Assembly (NCBI GenBank): GCA_951406725.2
Contig: OX597821.1
Span: 41,850,001 to 41,914,000 of the forward strand
Direction: 5' to 3'
DNA length: 64,000 bases
Source: Octopus vulgaris
Lineage: Eukaryota
Shown: positions 1 to 12,372 of the stretch, in pieces
How positions within the stretch are numbered: position 1 is the first letter of the stretch
Layout: each line of letters begins with the position of its first letter
The notes under the pieces: generated by a model
Told to the model about the DNA's origin: nothing
Database searches by the model: none
Seen by the model: the letters and a program-made list of their open reading frames with translations, nothing else
Position numbers and translations under genes: made by a program

Positions 1-564
1 TTATGAAATTATTCCAGTACACATTAGAGAAAGACTCAAAGCTAATGGAATGTTACAGCACGATTCCAAAAAATGCGACCTACACCTCAGCAGCAATGCA
101 AAACGAAATCATCGAATTGTTGAGAAGACACACTGTCAGCCTTATGGTCAATGTTTATTTGAAATTATATAAAAAAATAATGTTTAAAGATTTGGCTGTT
201 ATCTCTAGCATGTAGAAAGACCTTTTAAGCTTAACTATGTGCTTCTTGAAAATCATTTTTGAAAATATTGGAGTCGATACATTCGACTAACAATTCTTCG
301 AAGTGATGCCCCAGCATGGCCTCAGTTTAATGATTGCAACAAGTAAAATGAAAATAAAAACAAGATATATCAGAAGTTTTAACCAGGTTAGGCGTCAAGA
401 AATGTGAAAACAAAAAAAAAAACGAAAAAAATAACCGAAAAATATAAGCATGGAGCTTTTGTCCACTTTCACACTTTGAGTAGGAGATTTTGTCCATACC
501 CCTGTTCAGCACCCCCAGCTATCAAGATAGCACCCCCAGTTGCAATCGGCTGGCTACGTGGCTG
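1..564 (+). mobile_element. hAT DNA transposon remnant (DUF4371/ZMYM1-like fragment and right end)
   Basis: ORF 3-215 contains KNATYTSAAMQNEIIELL, typical of hAT/DUF4371 transposases. 553-564 GCTACGTGGCTG is the reverse complement of a CAG..CGTAGC hAT-type TIR, preceded by repeated agcaccccc motifs. Confidence 0.65.
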
Positions 565-1289
565 AGCCCCAGTCAACCTTGATCAAATAAACTTATAGCA
601 TGGAGGTAGTTGGTCGAATGATAATGTGCAGCCTACAGTTTCACAGATCTGACCATATTTTCCATTTGCCTGAAGCCTGGACTATTACATTACGACATGC
701 AATAATTAGCTGTACAGATTGCAGTGTAATAAATAGCCTCGGATTACAATTTGGTATGTTCCTGTCTGGCGGTAAAACTGATGAGATTAAGTTTCTGTTC
801 TATCGACCAGTGCCGTGGTTGGTGAACAGTGACGATAATGAAACTGCTGTATGATTATTTTGAACGGATTAGATTTGCATTTAGTTCTATGCAATCGTTT
901 GTCACTTATTGTAGAATATATGTCTAGAGAGAATATTCCAGGACAAACGGGATGATCACCTCTAAGACGGCGATCGAAATAAAAAAAGGCGACATATCAA
1001 AGGGAGATAATATCATTAGCAATAACAAAATTTTAAGTAAGAGAAATAACTCTTCCACAGACAATTTCTTTAATGCAAGAGTAATTGCCCTTGTATATCT
1101 ATTTTGTCGATTTCAGTGTCCAGATTTCTAAGTTTATCAAAATGAGTTGTTGATCACAGCAGAAACAATGACAAGGTCAAATCTCTCTCCATCTCCTTCT
1201 CTCCCCTTCTCTTATATAATATCAAAAGTTATTCATTACTGATGCTTGAATTTTTTTTTTTTAAATTAGATTGATATTAGAATGTATTA

Positions 1290-1505
1290 TTTATTTCTTT
1301 ATTGCCCACAAGGGGCTAAACATAGTGGGGACAAACAAGGACAGACAAACAGATGAGGTCGATTTACTGGTACTTATTTAAACGACCCCGAAAGGATGAA
1401 AGGCAAACTCGACCTCGGCGGAATTGGAACTCAGAACGTAACGGCAGACGAAATACCGCTAGACATTTCGCCCGGCGTGCTAACGATTCTGCCAGCTCGC
1501 CGCTT
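1290..1505 (-). mobile_element. tRNA-derived SINE with Meta-like central domain (very abundant family)
   Basis: Consensus ggcggcgagctggcagaa...ttctgagttcaaattccgccgaggtcgactttgcctttcatcctttcggggtcgataa...gtacc. Further copies near 3190-3405, 7074-7318, 13508-13707, 17015-17225, 35750-35946, 36855-37270, 42610-43260, 46625-47036, 47620-47830 and 53910-54141. Confidence 0.85.
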
Positions 1506-2262
1506 TATTAGAATTTATGATTATTAATTAGTTAATGCCGGGTTGGTAAGGAGTAAACAAAGATCATGGAATTCAATCTCTTCGTTATTTAGTTACGTCC
1601 CTCTGTGTTCTCTTCAAAACCGTCCAAGGTTGACGTTCTGTGTTCCCTATATCCGTCAGAATCGATAATATATTTCCAAGCAGAGAACCCTATCAAACTT
1701 CTCCCTAAAACTGTGGCCTGCTACATAGATTAGACATTTCTATTAGAGTATACACATGGTCAGGAAAGGTTATTACAATGGCTTTAGGCAAGAACTCAGA
1801 GTAAGCTGCTGCTGCACTTTGTGCGTGGAGCAGAGCATATGTGATGCTCTTAGTTTGCTTTATTACTCACTAAATCGACAAACAGCCTGAGCTGAACAGA
1901 CAGACAGACGAGTGTGTGTGGATCTCCGTTGTTTAACGTTGTGAATTCACTTACTTTATCAACCGATTCATCTGTCCCTAAGAGGCTGAGTATTCCACAG
2001 ACATGTGAACCCTTAAAATACTTCTCGAACAGAATCAGCATGACAAAGAGTAACAAGGTTTTGCTCTTTTTTTACTTACAAGTAGAAACCAGCAGATGGG
2101 CTTCTTCACAGTTTCCATTCACTCAATTTCACACTTACGAGGTATTTAGTCAACCCGAAGTTATAGAAAATGACATTCACCCAAGATATCAGACAATTGG
2201 GTCGAATGCAGGGCCTCGGTGTGAAGTGAACTTTTTAATTATTTGCCCATACTGTGTCTACA

Positions 2263-2312
<50 letters not shown>

Positions 2313-2816
2313 ACAAGCTGACCGAATCATTAGTGCAGCATTTTTCCCAATTTTAGGTTCTGAGTTCAAATCATGTCAAGGTCGACTTTGCCTTTCATCC
2401 CTTCAAAGTCAATGAATAAGCACCAGTTGATCACTGGGGCCAATGTAACCCACTCACCCCCACCCTCAAAATTGCTTGTCTTGTGCCATAATTTGAAGCC
2501 AATGTGTGTGTGTGTGGAGCCAAAGCAGCAGTCACAGAATACGACTGATTTATAACAAACGTCCATAGAACTGCCATCAATGCTTGATATATTTCCAGAA
2601 GAATTCTAAAGTTGAAAACATGATCAAAATGAATAATCGTTTCTACTGACAGATACAGGCCTGAAATTTGGGAGTGAAAGGGTAGATGATTATATCGACT
2701 CCAGTATGTGACTGGTACTGATTTTATTAACCTCGATAAGACAAAAGACAGAAGAAATGCTGCTAAGTATTGTCTTGGGCATTGGCAATGCTTCTGCCAG
2801 CTCACCATTTTAATAG

Positions 2817-3187
2817 TAAGAAGAGCACTCAGAGAGTGCAAACCTCTGCCACGGCAACACCAATGTCCTCTCATTGATTAGCCAGAGATTGATTTTTAAA
2901 ATGAGAATATCTGAAATAAACTCGACTGCTCTCTCAAACGAGAATACTAAAAATGAACACAACCACTCTCAAAAATTAAGTAAAAAACAGGAAAAATAAT
3001 CCAGTATCCTTGTCCAGTACCAGATTGATCCCAAAATCTGAACACTTTGTGCCAGTCACAAGGCCAAACATCCCTGAAAGTTTCATCTGAATCCATTTAG
3101 CGGTTCTTGAGATATCTTGTCCACAGACAAACAAACAAACACAACTGAAAACAATACCAATGCCTTCACTAAGGCAATGGTAAAAAT
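2817..3187 (+). mobile_element. Helentron-associated (HINE/DINE-like) non-autonomous element
   Basis: Layout typical of molluscan HINEs: aagagcactcagagag start, core with aaagtttcat..aatcc, (ACAA)n microsatellite, and 3' hairpin tgcctt-cact-aaggca followed by an A-rich end. A related 3' end lies at about 5770-5930. Confidence 0.5.
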
Positions 3188-3885
3188 AATCCTTTCTACT
3201 ATGGACACAAGGTCCGAAATTTCGTGGGGAGGGGCCTAGTTGATTACATCGACCCCAATGTTTCACTTGTATTTAATTTATCGATCCCAAAAGGATGAAA
3301 AGTAAAGTCAACCTCGACGGAATTTCAACTCAGAATGTAATTACAGACGAAATATCACTAAGCATTTCGCCGAGCATGCTAATGATTCTACCAACTCACC
3401 ACCTTGATAATAATAATGATAATCATAACAATAATAATGATGATGGTAAATTCCTTGATGCAGTACCAAGCAGTTGCTCTCATGGCTTCAGATCTTAACT
3501 GACTGGAAGTGTTATCATGTACATTGTTCTGTCTTAGTATAAAAGATGGGCTACACTGAATATTCTGCTCAATACCAGAGGTTTACCTGTCAGTTGTTTG
3601 ACCTTAACCAGCTGAGCATGTCCTTTGGTGTTTGGTAATATATGGAAGAGGAGGAGGATAATGATGCTGATGATGATATGACAATGACGACGATGTATCT
3701 AATTAAAGATTTGTCTCATCCACTTAGAATAATCCAGTTGAAATCACAAGTGACCATTTGTATGAATTTGTGGTGTTTCCTGAAAAGATTAACTTCCAAC
3801 ATTTCTATACAAAACATCAAATTATCAAACCAAAACACTGATTAGAAAAAAAACGTGAAAAAAAAAAAAACGATTTCTTTATTTG

Positions 3886-4279
3886 TTAAACTTCTGTAAC
3901 ATCTAAATCTTGATCTAGAAGTGTTATAAAATGACTAATGTGTTCGCCAGGATACAAGACATTTCGGCTCAGCAGATGCGGTGGGTTGTTCGTTTGGCCA
4001 TTTGTCTGACCTCTGTCTTTGTTTGTTTTGGCATTGGCTCTGTTTTTGCTTTTAGACTTTGATTTTGTCTTGGAAATAGGTCTATGTGAAGAATTGTCCT
4101 GTATAGACCAACCATAGCAGAAGTAACCGACAGTCAAACCACAGACGACTGTCACGAATATCCATGTGTTAAAAGTCATAACGACAAGCATGAGAATGTA
4201 ACCATTTGCTACTTTGATCATGTGAAGTAAAGTCTGTAATATTCGACGTTTCGTGAAAATCCTGCCTCGACTTCCTTCC
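3886..4279 (-). CDS. Ctr/SLC31 copper transporter family, last coding exon (TM2, TM3, C-terminal tail)
   Basis: Translation ...ILQTLLHMIKVANGYILMLVVMTFNTWIFVTVVCGLTVGYFCYGW... carries the Ctr TM2 MxxxM (MLVVM) and TM3 GxxxG (GLTVG) motifs. Acceptor ttgcAG at 4281-4280; phase 2 matches the preceding exon (AC+G = Thr); stop TAA at 3888-3886. Confidence 0.92.
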
Positions 4280-4370
4280 CTGCAATAAAGAAACAAAACA
4301 ATAGTCAAGATATTTATCAATGCTCCCTATATTATTTTTATGAAAATCATACAAATAACAAATTGTTTGA

Positions 4371-4598
4371 TTAACCCTTTCGTTACTGTATTTATTTTGA
4401 GATGCTCTGTGTTTCTTTCAATTACTTTAAATATAACTAAGAATTTAGTAAAATAACTTAGTTATCATTCAGCTAGTGTTAGGAACATAAATTGTGACTA
4501 AGGTTTGGTGGAAGATTTTAATACAAAACTTATGAAAACAAGACTTTTGTACTCAGAGCCAGAGCTGGTTTCAGCCAGGTTAGTAATGAAAGGGTTAA
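4371..4598. mobile_element. piggyBac-type MITE
   Basis: TTAA|CCCTTTCGTTAC ... GTAATGAAAGGG|TTAA: terminal inverted repeats with a TTAA target duplication. Related copy at about 7407-7637. Confidence 0.7.
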
Positions 4599-4849
4599 TG
4601 GTTCAATCAGTCAATTAATCAGTCAAGTTCATCTGTGTCCTTCCCTTGCCAATCATGACCTCATCAAAGACATGACCTCTCTATTCCAGGTCTGTTTGTC
4701 TCCTCAGATAGAAAAATAAGACCTGAAGTAGAAAGGGTTTATCATTTGTAAGCTCATTCTTATCAACGGAAGGATTCTGACAAATAAAAGAATGGTTTCT
4801 AGTTTAGGCACAAAGCTAGCAATTTTGAAGTGGGTGGACTTGCTCAGAT

Positions 4850-5180
4850 ATTTCTAATCCACACATGCCCATCCGTCCCAGTCCTGCATCAGTTGAGAGA
4901 GGTCTTCAGGGGGGGCATCCAGTGTCTCTGGCAAACTGATCTACATACTTTGTGTTCAGATAACCTACTCATGTACGGCCATACTTTGGCATCCGTAGCA
5001 GCAGGTCACTTGCCAAGCCTTGTTTAGCTCACCAGTAATATCTCGCAAATCGCAAGCACCTTTCCTTTACAACAGTGGAAACAGGTAGATGTCTGTACAG
5101 CTGTTTCTCAGTGAGGCGTATTCTCCAAGATATATTTGTGTGGTGAGAGGAGAAACAATAGTCTGTACAATCAACATCCC
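4850..5180 (-). mobile_element. Degenerate RTE/RTE-X LINE 3' fragment
   Basis: Minus-strand peptides LASDLLL and KYVDQFARDTGC..EDLSQLMQDWDG, broken by frameshifts, resemble the post-RT region of RTE-clade LINEs. Confidence 0.5.
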
Positions 5181-5497
5181 ATACTTAACTGGTTCTTTAT
5201 TTCATCAACCCTAGAAGGATGAAAGACAAAGTCGACCAAGGTAAGATTTGAACTGACAATGTAAAGAGCTAGCACTAATATCGCCAATCAAATTTGTTAT
5301 GCTCTGCCGATTCTGCCAAGCAACCATCTTAACAACCAAATAAATTATGATTGATTGATTGACATCAACACACAAGTTATTGGTTTATTAATCTGAGTGG
5401 AACAAATAAATATTACATGGAGAGTTTACTAGTTCATATCTTTTCTTTGTGCCTCACTACTTTGATCAGTTTCTCATCAACCACGCTCTCTCTGGCA

Positions 5498-5531
<34 letters not shown>

Positions 5532-6083
5532 GTAATCATCATCATTTAACGTCCTTTTCTCCATGCTGGCATGGGTTGGACTGTTTAACAAAAACAGAAA
5601 AGCTAGAGGACTCTACTGGGTTCTATGATCCCCATTATAGATATACTCTGGTAAAATTAAGAAATCAACTTGTAAATAAATGAAACCCTTGAATTCATCA
5701 CTGTACACACACATACACACACACACAAACAGAGTTGCATATTTATGTATATATTTATGTATGTCTGAAGATAATCAAACCAAATGCTCGTTATTTCGAG
5801 CCACTCATCTAATGAGTATTTCTGCCAAATTTGGTGAAAATCCATTCAGCCTTTTTCCAGTCATTTTCCAAACATACAGACAAAGATGTGAGATTACAAC
5901 ACCCTGCTTTCACTTACACAAGCAGGGTAAGAATATGTTTTACTTTTTAAAATCTATATCCTGATTGTGCCAAGACTGCAGCAAGGGGTTACACACCATT
6001 ATTTATAAAAAAAAGCAGTAGGTTCAATTTACTAAGAAGTAAATGAGAACAAGGGAAGCAAAAATGGAGAGAAAAAAACTTAC

Positions 6084-6189
6084 GTCAAATGTTTATGGAT
6101 ATCTTCAGCCTCTGTGTATATGAGCAAGAATTTGATTCCTTGATGGAGCAAAGCTAACACTCCAATGATTATGCATGAGAATGTCAAAG
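6084..6189 (-). CDS. Ctr/SLC31 copper transporter, internal exon (TM1)
   Basis: 106-nt exon bounded by ctctattccAG and GTaagt. Reads (A)LTFSCIIIGVLALLHQGIKFLLIYTEAEDIHKHL(T), resembling the Ctr TM1 pattern SC...LA.LYEGLK. Phases (1 in, 2 out) fit both neighbouring exons. Confidence 0.9.
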
Positions 6190-8094
6190 CTGGAATAGAG
6201 AAACAACAGCAAAGATAAATGTCTTGTTAAACACTTACTTCTCCGCTCTGGCTTAACAAAATTGCAACGAGATCAGCTAAAACAGTTTTATTAACTCCTA
6301 TTCATGTTTATGGTGTGGGTAGATGTATGGTGCTTGTATGTATGTCTGTATGTGTTTATAGGTATTGTGTATGTCTGTGTATGCTTATAATCAGTATGGT
6401 GTGTGTATGTGTGTCTTTATTATGTATGGTGTCTACATCTGTGTGCACTTACATGCATGATGAGTGTACATCTGTCTATATGTATTGTGTGTGTGTGTGT
6501 GTGTGTGTGTACGTCAGTGTGATAAAAAACACAGCCATGTTCATCCATCACCTTTCCGATGTTGGAGATTGGTTAAGCCAAAGATTTTTCCCCTTTCTAA
6601 CTTATACACTGCAACCACTCACACAATGCTTCTTTCTTCCTCTTGTCTTTTCAATCCTTTTTGCAACAATTCCTGCATCTCAAACCTTAGATTAAACCCT
6701 AATTCCAAAGCTTTGTCCACAAGCCTGCAACCTTGAAGACATCACTTTCCAGAAATGCAACTGAACACTTTAGCTTCCAGTTTGCTTCTCTGTCAAATAG
6801 AAATTCTTATTTATTCACATCGTTTTGAATTAATCACACATTATCTCGAAGCTTTCAGATTTTGATGATGCAATTGTTTATTTTCAGAATGACATTGTAA
6901 AGTAGGTGTGAAAGGCCAGATCTGGTTAGTTTGAAGATAAAACTGAGAGAATATTTGTGCCCCAGAAATTTGGCCCAGATATGGCTGGTTTAAAAGTTAA
7001 AGGGTCAAACAGCAAGTCTATTGATCCCACAAGCATGGTGTGTGTGTGTACCTAGTAATGGGTGATGTCACTCCATTTGGCAATATATATTAAGGGTGGT
7101 GAGCTGGCAGAATTGTTAGCACACTGGGTGAAATGCTTAGTGGTGTTTTGTCTGCCATTACATTCTGAGTTCAAATTCTGCCGAGATCAACATTGCCTTT
7201 CATACTTTCGAGGTCTTTTAAATAAGTACCAGTTACACACTAGGAGTCGATGTAATCAATTTAATCCCTTTGTCTGTCCTTGTTTGTCCCCTCTATGTTT
7301 AGCCCCCATCAAGAAATAAATATATATATATATTAAGGGACTCTATCTCCCTCCACATGATAGGGCCTCTTGATGGGTACTGTGTCTCTTCTCCACACCA
7401 AAATATTTTAACCCTCTTGTTAGCATATTTCTGTTGAAATACACGATCTCTCTTTAAATTAATTTCGAAAAATAACAAAGAATTTGGTGAAATAACTTTG
7501 TCATTCTTAAGCTGGAGTTTAGAACAGAAGTGACACGAAATTTTTATTGACGAGTTTTAATTTACCGTTTTAAAACGGGGAGCTTGTATCACAGAACCAG
7601 AAGTGGTCTTCGGTGGATTGATATCAAGAAGGGTGAAAAAATAAATGACCAGACTATCCACGGTTCCAACAGTGAATGCCAAACATGCAAAATTCAGCTC
7701 TGCTGCGAACCAACACTCAAGATTCCACATCAGTTGACAAAGCTGTCTGTGAACTACACATATAATGGTTTCTCAACCATCACCGCCATCATAATGGATG
7801 TACTTAAATAGACAGAGAAGTGCCAAAATTGGTAGTTCATAGTCTTCTGATGAAGATGAAGACTTATTTAACTAATCCAATAATCTGATTTGTTAAGATA
7901 ATAACATTACTGTCTTCCATTTCCAAAGATCTCTTACAGTAACTTACCAATGGTAATTATACCAAAATGAAGAACAGTAAAATTGCAATAAATTCCACAA
8001 TACTTTGAGACATTGTCTCCTTTTGTTCATGGAGTTTTCTTTTTTTTTTTTTACTTTTTCTCTTTTTAGAGTGGCGGTGCGCGCCCGCCCCCCC

Positions 8095-8235
8095 CCACCC
8101 CCACCACCAATACCGATGAACACTGTTCTCACCCCCACCACCAATACCGGTGAACACTGTTCTCACCGCCACCACCACCAATACCGGTGAACACTGTTCT
8201 CACCCCCCACCACCAATACCAGTATACCCTGTTCT
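8095..8235. repeat. About 33-36 bp minisatellite (ccaccaccaataccggtgaacactgttctca), about 4 units
   Basis: Directly visible tandem units. Confidence 0.8.
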
Positions 8236-8764
8236 CACCATCTACACCGGATACGCCTTACTCATCTACACCGGGTACGCCCTACTCCCTCCTCCTCCCC
8301 CCACTACCCCTTCTCCTCATATGCTTTCACTGTGAAAAGACAAGCTGCTAGCGCCATAGCTCATCAACTGCCCACCGATCTTACGCTTCCTCCTGACACT
8401 GCCTCATTCCGACCATCCCCTTTAGTACCCTCCCGCCTCGTAATATCCTACGTTTTTATTTCTTAGGAACCTACACCAACCCTTCCTGCCATCGTTCCTC
8501 CTTACCCCAACCTTCCCCACTGGTTGCTCCCCTATATTACCCGCCTCAACTGGACCCCCCCTCCCCAACTCAACTCTAGAATATCTGTATTTCTTTCCTC
8601 TACCTAATTACGTTACTCAGTGACGATAAATGCTGTGACTACAAAGACCCGGGCTGCTTTCTGCAGCAATTCCACATACCCCCTACCCATTCTAAGTACC
8701 CCGGATCCCCAAAGTACCCTGGATCCCCAAAGTACCCCGATCCCCAAAGTACCCCGGACCTCGT

Positions 8765-9035
8765 TGCCCCCGTGCCGCTGACACGTTAAAATGCTCGAAC
8801 CGATCGTGACGATGCCGGACCCTCCGGCCCCTGTGCAGGTGGCACGTAAAAAGCACCCAATCCACTCACGGAGTGGTTGGCGTTAGGAAGGGCATCCAGC
8901 CGTAGAAACTCTGCCAGATTTCAGACTGGAGCCTGGTGCGGCCCCTGGCTTCCCAGACCCGGTCAAACCGTCCAACCCGTGCTAGCGCGGAAAGCGGACG
9001 TTAAACGATGATGATGATGATGATGATGATGATGA
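8765..9035 (+). mobile_element. SINE 3' part with (GAT)n tail
   Basis: gcacgtaaaaagcacc...gttaggaagggcatccagccgtagaaa...cggacgttaaacgatgatgat; related pieces near 15.7-16.1, 16.7-16.85 and 56.9-57.3 kb. Confidence 0.65.
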
Positions 9036-9362
9036 CAGATATCTCAGTATCAACCAGACTATCAGATGTTATATATCACTGGTCACAATGCGCTTCACAT
9101 TGTTTTAGCTTTTGAATGACGCCACCCCACTGGCTAGGCAAGAAGGCCAACATTCCCCCTGATTGGAAGACCAGTCTGTCATGGGGTGCACCCATTTACA
9201 GCTGAGTGGAGTGGAGCTCAAAAATGAAATGTACTTGCCTGGTCCAGGAATTGAACCACGATCTAGTGATCATGAGTGCAACATCCTAACCACTAGACCA
9301 CACACTTTACACATGGACGTATACACAATACACATGGGTAAAACAGACACTATCATGATATA

Positions 9363-9603
9363 TATATACAAAATTTAAAGGACTGACCACTAAAAAAATG
9401 GACAGCCTCTATGCTAGATATAGACGTCAAAATAGCCATTTTCCACGAAAAATGTGTTTTCAAGGAAAAAATTCAGCAGAAAACCAAAGCTGAATTTTTT
9501 CTTTGAAAACACATTTTTTGTGGAAAATGGCGATTTTGACATCTATATCTAGCATATAGGCTGTCCATTTTTTTAGTGGTCAGTCCTCTAAATTTTGTAT
9601 GTA
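9363..9603. repeat. Long near-perfect inverted repeat (about 115-bp arms, 11-nt loop)
   Basis: 9363-9477 is the reverse complement of 9489-9603 with scattered mismatches; loop agaaaaccaaa. Confidence 0.95.
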
Positions 9604-9680
9604 AAAAAATTTCTAATCTTTGGATTTTTTTTAAAATATGCTAGGCTACTGGCTTTAATTGATCAATATCAATTTCTACC

Positions 9681-10999
9681 CTTAGGCTCTGTAGTGACGA
9701 CCATGACTTTGAGACTCAGTTTCAACGTATGGCTCACCACTTCACCCTACGTGGATACCCCCTCACCACTATCCACACCGCCCTTGCCAGAGCACGGTCC
9801 GTGGACCGTGTATCTGCTCTCTCTCCCCGAACCCGCCCTGTAGTCTCCCGCCTCCCTTTTCCCCTCACTTACCACCCCACGACCCTACGTCTCCAACGCA
9901 CCATTCTTCGAGCTTTCCGTCATCTCCAGTCCGACCCGTCCACTTCACACCTCTTCCCTAACCGACCCCTCCCCTCTTTCAAACGAGCCCACAACCTTCG
10001 AGACTTTTGGTCCATAGCTCCTTCCCTGACCCTACCTCCCAACCCGGCTCGTTCCCCTGCTCCCGCCCACGTTGCCACACTTGCCCTTACCTCTCCAACA
10101 CCACCCGCCTCACTAGCACCCACCATCGACCCTATCCCATCATCCACTCCTTCACCTGCACCTCCAGCAATATTATCTATTGCATCTCTTGCTCTCTCTG
10201 CAATTCCTTGTACATCGGACAAACGGGACGCCGCTTGGCTGACCGGTTCGTGGAACACCTTCGTGACATCCACCTTGCGAACGACACACCGGTCTCACGC
10301 CATTTCCGCTCCACCGGTCACTCCTTGCAACACCTATCTGTGTTCGGTTTGTCCTTACACAGAGGCCATCCGGATTCCCGTTTGCGCCGTGAACAGGAAT
10401 TAATCTTCTCTCTTCGCTCTTATACGCCATTTGGTCTCAACTCTCTCCCCCTCCTCACCTATCCTTTCTCCCCCCGACCCCTACTTCTTCAGTCCTTCAT
10501 CCTTTCACCCCTACTCCCCTTCCCTTCTTCCCTCTTTCTCCCTCCCTCTTCCCCTTCCCTCTGCTCCTCCTCACTCCCTCTCTCCCTCTTTCCTCCTTCA
10601 TCCCCCTCCTTCCCTTCCTTCTCCCCCATCCTCTCCTCTTCCCCCTTCTCCCCCCTCTTCTTCCCCTCCCCTTCTCTCCCCCCCTATTCTCCCCCTCCCC
10701 TCTTCTCCTCACTACACCACATGACTTTACACATCACATCACATATGATGTGCCATACTAATACACACACCAACTAATACATACTAATACGTACTAATAC
10801 ATACTAGTACATACTAATACTTACACCAACCCTATACATACACACATCCAGACCCCGCATACGCACTTATACTCTCTCACACACACACACACACACCTAT
10901 ACATACCAATACGTACTAATACATACTAATACATACTAATACATACACCAACCCCATACATACGCACGTCCAGACCAATCCTACGCACTAATACTCTCT

Positions 11000-11042
<43 letters not shown>

Positions 11043-11412
11043 ATACATACTAATACATACACCAACCCTATACATACACACATCCAGACCCCTCCCACGC
11101 ACTATTAGCTGGTCCCTCAACCCTTTTATCAACCCTATTATCTCCCCTTATTTCGCTCTCGCGTCTCATGTTTGATCTTTGACCTCTGGCCGAAATCAGA
11201 TCGCCATGTTGATTCGTTAGCTACTGCACGCATTTTTTTCTCTCCTTCTTTCTGTGTTTTTCTCTCTCTGTGTATCTTTCTGTTGAAGAGCGTAGGCTCG
11301 AAACGTTAAAGACTTGTTTTATTTATATTTCCTGAGCGCCATACTAATACAATTGTTCGTTTGTTTTCCACCTGCCTTCGTCTTTTGTTTATTTTCATAA
11401 AGCTTCCCGTTA
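9681..11412 (+). mobile_element. 5'-truncated Penelope-like retroelement (end of RT, GIY-YIG endonuclease, 3' pLTR with hammerhead fold)
   Basis: LRLCSDDHDFE...FTLRGYP...FPLTYHP...FKRAHNLRD, then a frameshift at about 10003-10007, then CSRPRCHTC...FTCTSSNIIYCISCSLCNSLYIGQTGRRLADRFVEH...VSRHF...REQELIFSLRSYTPFGLN. A pyrimidine-rich 3' UTR follows, with a hammerhead fold at 11275-11312. Confidence 0.92.
11275..11312 (+). ncRNA. Minimal type I hammerhead-like fold with A6U core variant, in Penelope pLTR
   Basis: UCUUU-CUGUUGA-A-GAGC[GUAG]GCUC-GAAA-CG-UU-AAAGA: stem I UCUUU/AAAGA, stem II GAGC/GCUC, stem III reduced to the palindrome ACGU. Confidence 0.7.
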
Positions 11413-11979
11413 TATATATATATATATATATTACATGACTTGGGTGGAGGACGAAATGCAGCCAAGCCCTTATTTTTACAGGTTTCCTGGGAGTATAATA
11501 GCAAGATAGGAATTACCTACAGATGATAGACTTGCTTGCAACTGAATGCCACCCACCGCAGGCACCCAAAGGTAAAGTGGTATCTTTAAACTTGCTGGCA
11601 AGCAAACAAGAAAAGGGGAGCTAACTCCGACAGGCTTCTGTATATATAATTCTTTAGTCAACCTTTATCTTTAAAAGGAGCTGTGAGGCGAAATTGAACC
11701 AAAAACTATTTTGTCGCAAAGTGACCTTCTTAAGCACATACCCACACCTGCACCCTTTTGCACACCTACTTATAACTCCAGCAAGGGTGGAGGGTGTTTG
11801 TATTTTCAATGTTAATATGTCAAACCATTATATAAATACAAACTCTTGTATTGTTGATAGATTTGTAATCTGTGTCAACAAGAGACGTTCAAATATAAAA
11901 AACAAACATTGAGATAGGTCAGGGCAGCATAAGGAGAAGAAATAGGTGACATTAAACATCGTAACCTTCACTGAAACAA

Positions 11980-12131
11980 CAGTGGCTGTGTGGTAAGTAG
12001 CTTGCTTCCCAATCACATGGTTCCGGGTTCAGTCCCACTGCATGGCACCTTGGGCAAGTGTCTTCTATTATAGCCTTGGGCAGACCAAAGCCTTGTAAGT
12101 GGATTTGGTAGACAGAAACTGAAAGAAGCCC

Positions 12132-12171
<40 letters not shown>

Positions 12172-12372
12172 GTCTATGTTTATCCCTGCCCCCAATATCG
12201 CTTGACAACCGATACTGGTGTGTCTACGTCCCTGTAACTTAGCATTTCAGCAAAAGAGATCGATAGAATAAGTGCTAGGCTTACAAAGAATGAGTCCTGT
12301 GTCGAATTGTTCGACTAAAGGTGGTGCCCCAGCATGGCTGTAGTCAAATGACTGAAACAAGTAAGTAAAGAG
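11980..12372 (+). mobile_element. tRNA-derived SINE, second abundant family (internal (TA)/(TG) microsatellite)
   Basis: gtggctgtgtggtaag...ggttccgggttcagtcccactg..tggcaccttgggcaagtg...gtagacggaaactgaaagaagccc...ccagcatggccgcagtcaaatgactgaaacaag. Copies near 21268-21642, 45615-46005, 54321-54739, 55808-56184 (minus) and 63207-63640. Confidence 0.85.

Noticed and set aside
1914-2321. 135-aa ORF with apparent splice signals
   Set aside because: The reverse complement matches decayed SINE sequence (ggaaactg.gaagaagccc) and ends in (GA)n; no protein family resemblance.
7947-8030. Strong minus-strand donor (TG|GTAAGT) with upstream ATGs inside a Ctr intron
   Set aside because: The ATG frames either stop before the donor or end in phase 2, which does not fit the phase-1 exon at 6189; there is no good acceptor.
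8095-8235. Regular about 35-bp repeats suggesting a CRISPR array
   Set aside because: The units are contiguous with no unique spacers, the context is eukaryotic, and there are no cas genes.
11434-11960. Possible solo LTR
   Set aside because: No clear TG...CA ends with a target duplication, and no second copy in the window.
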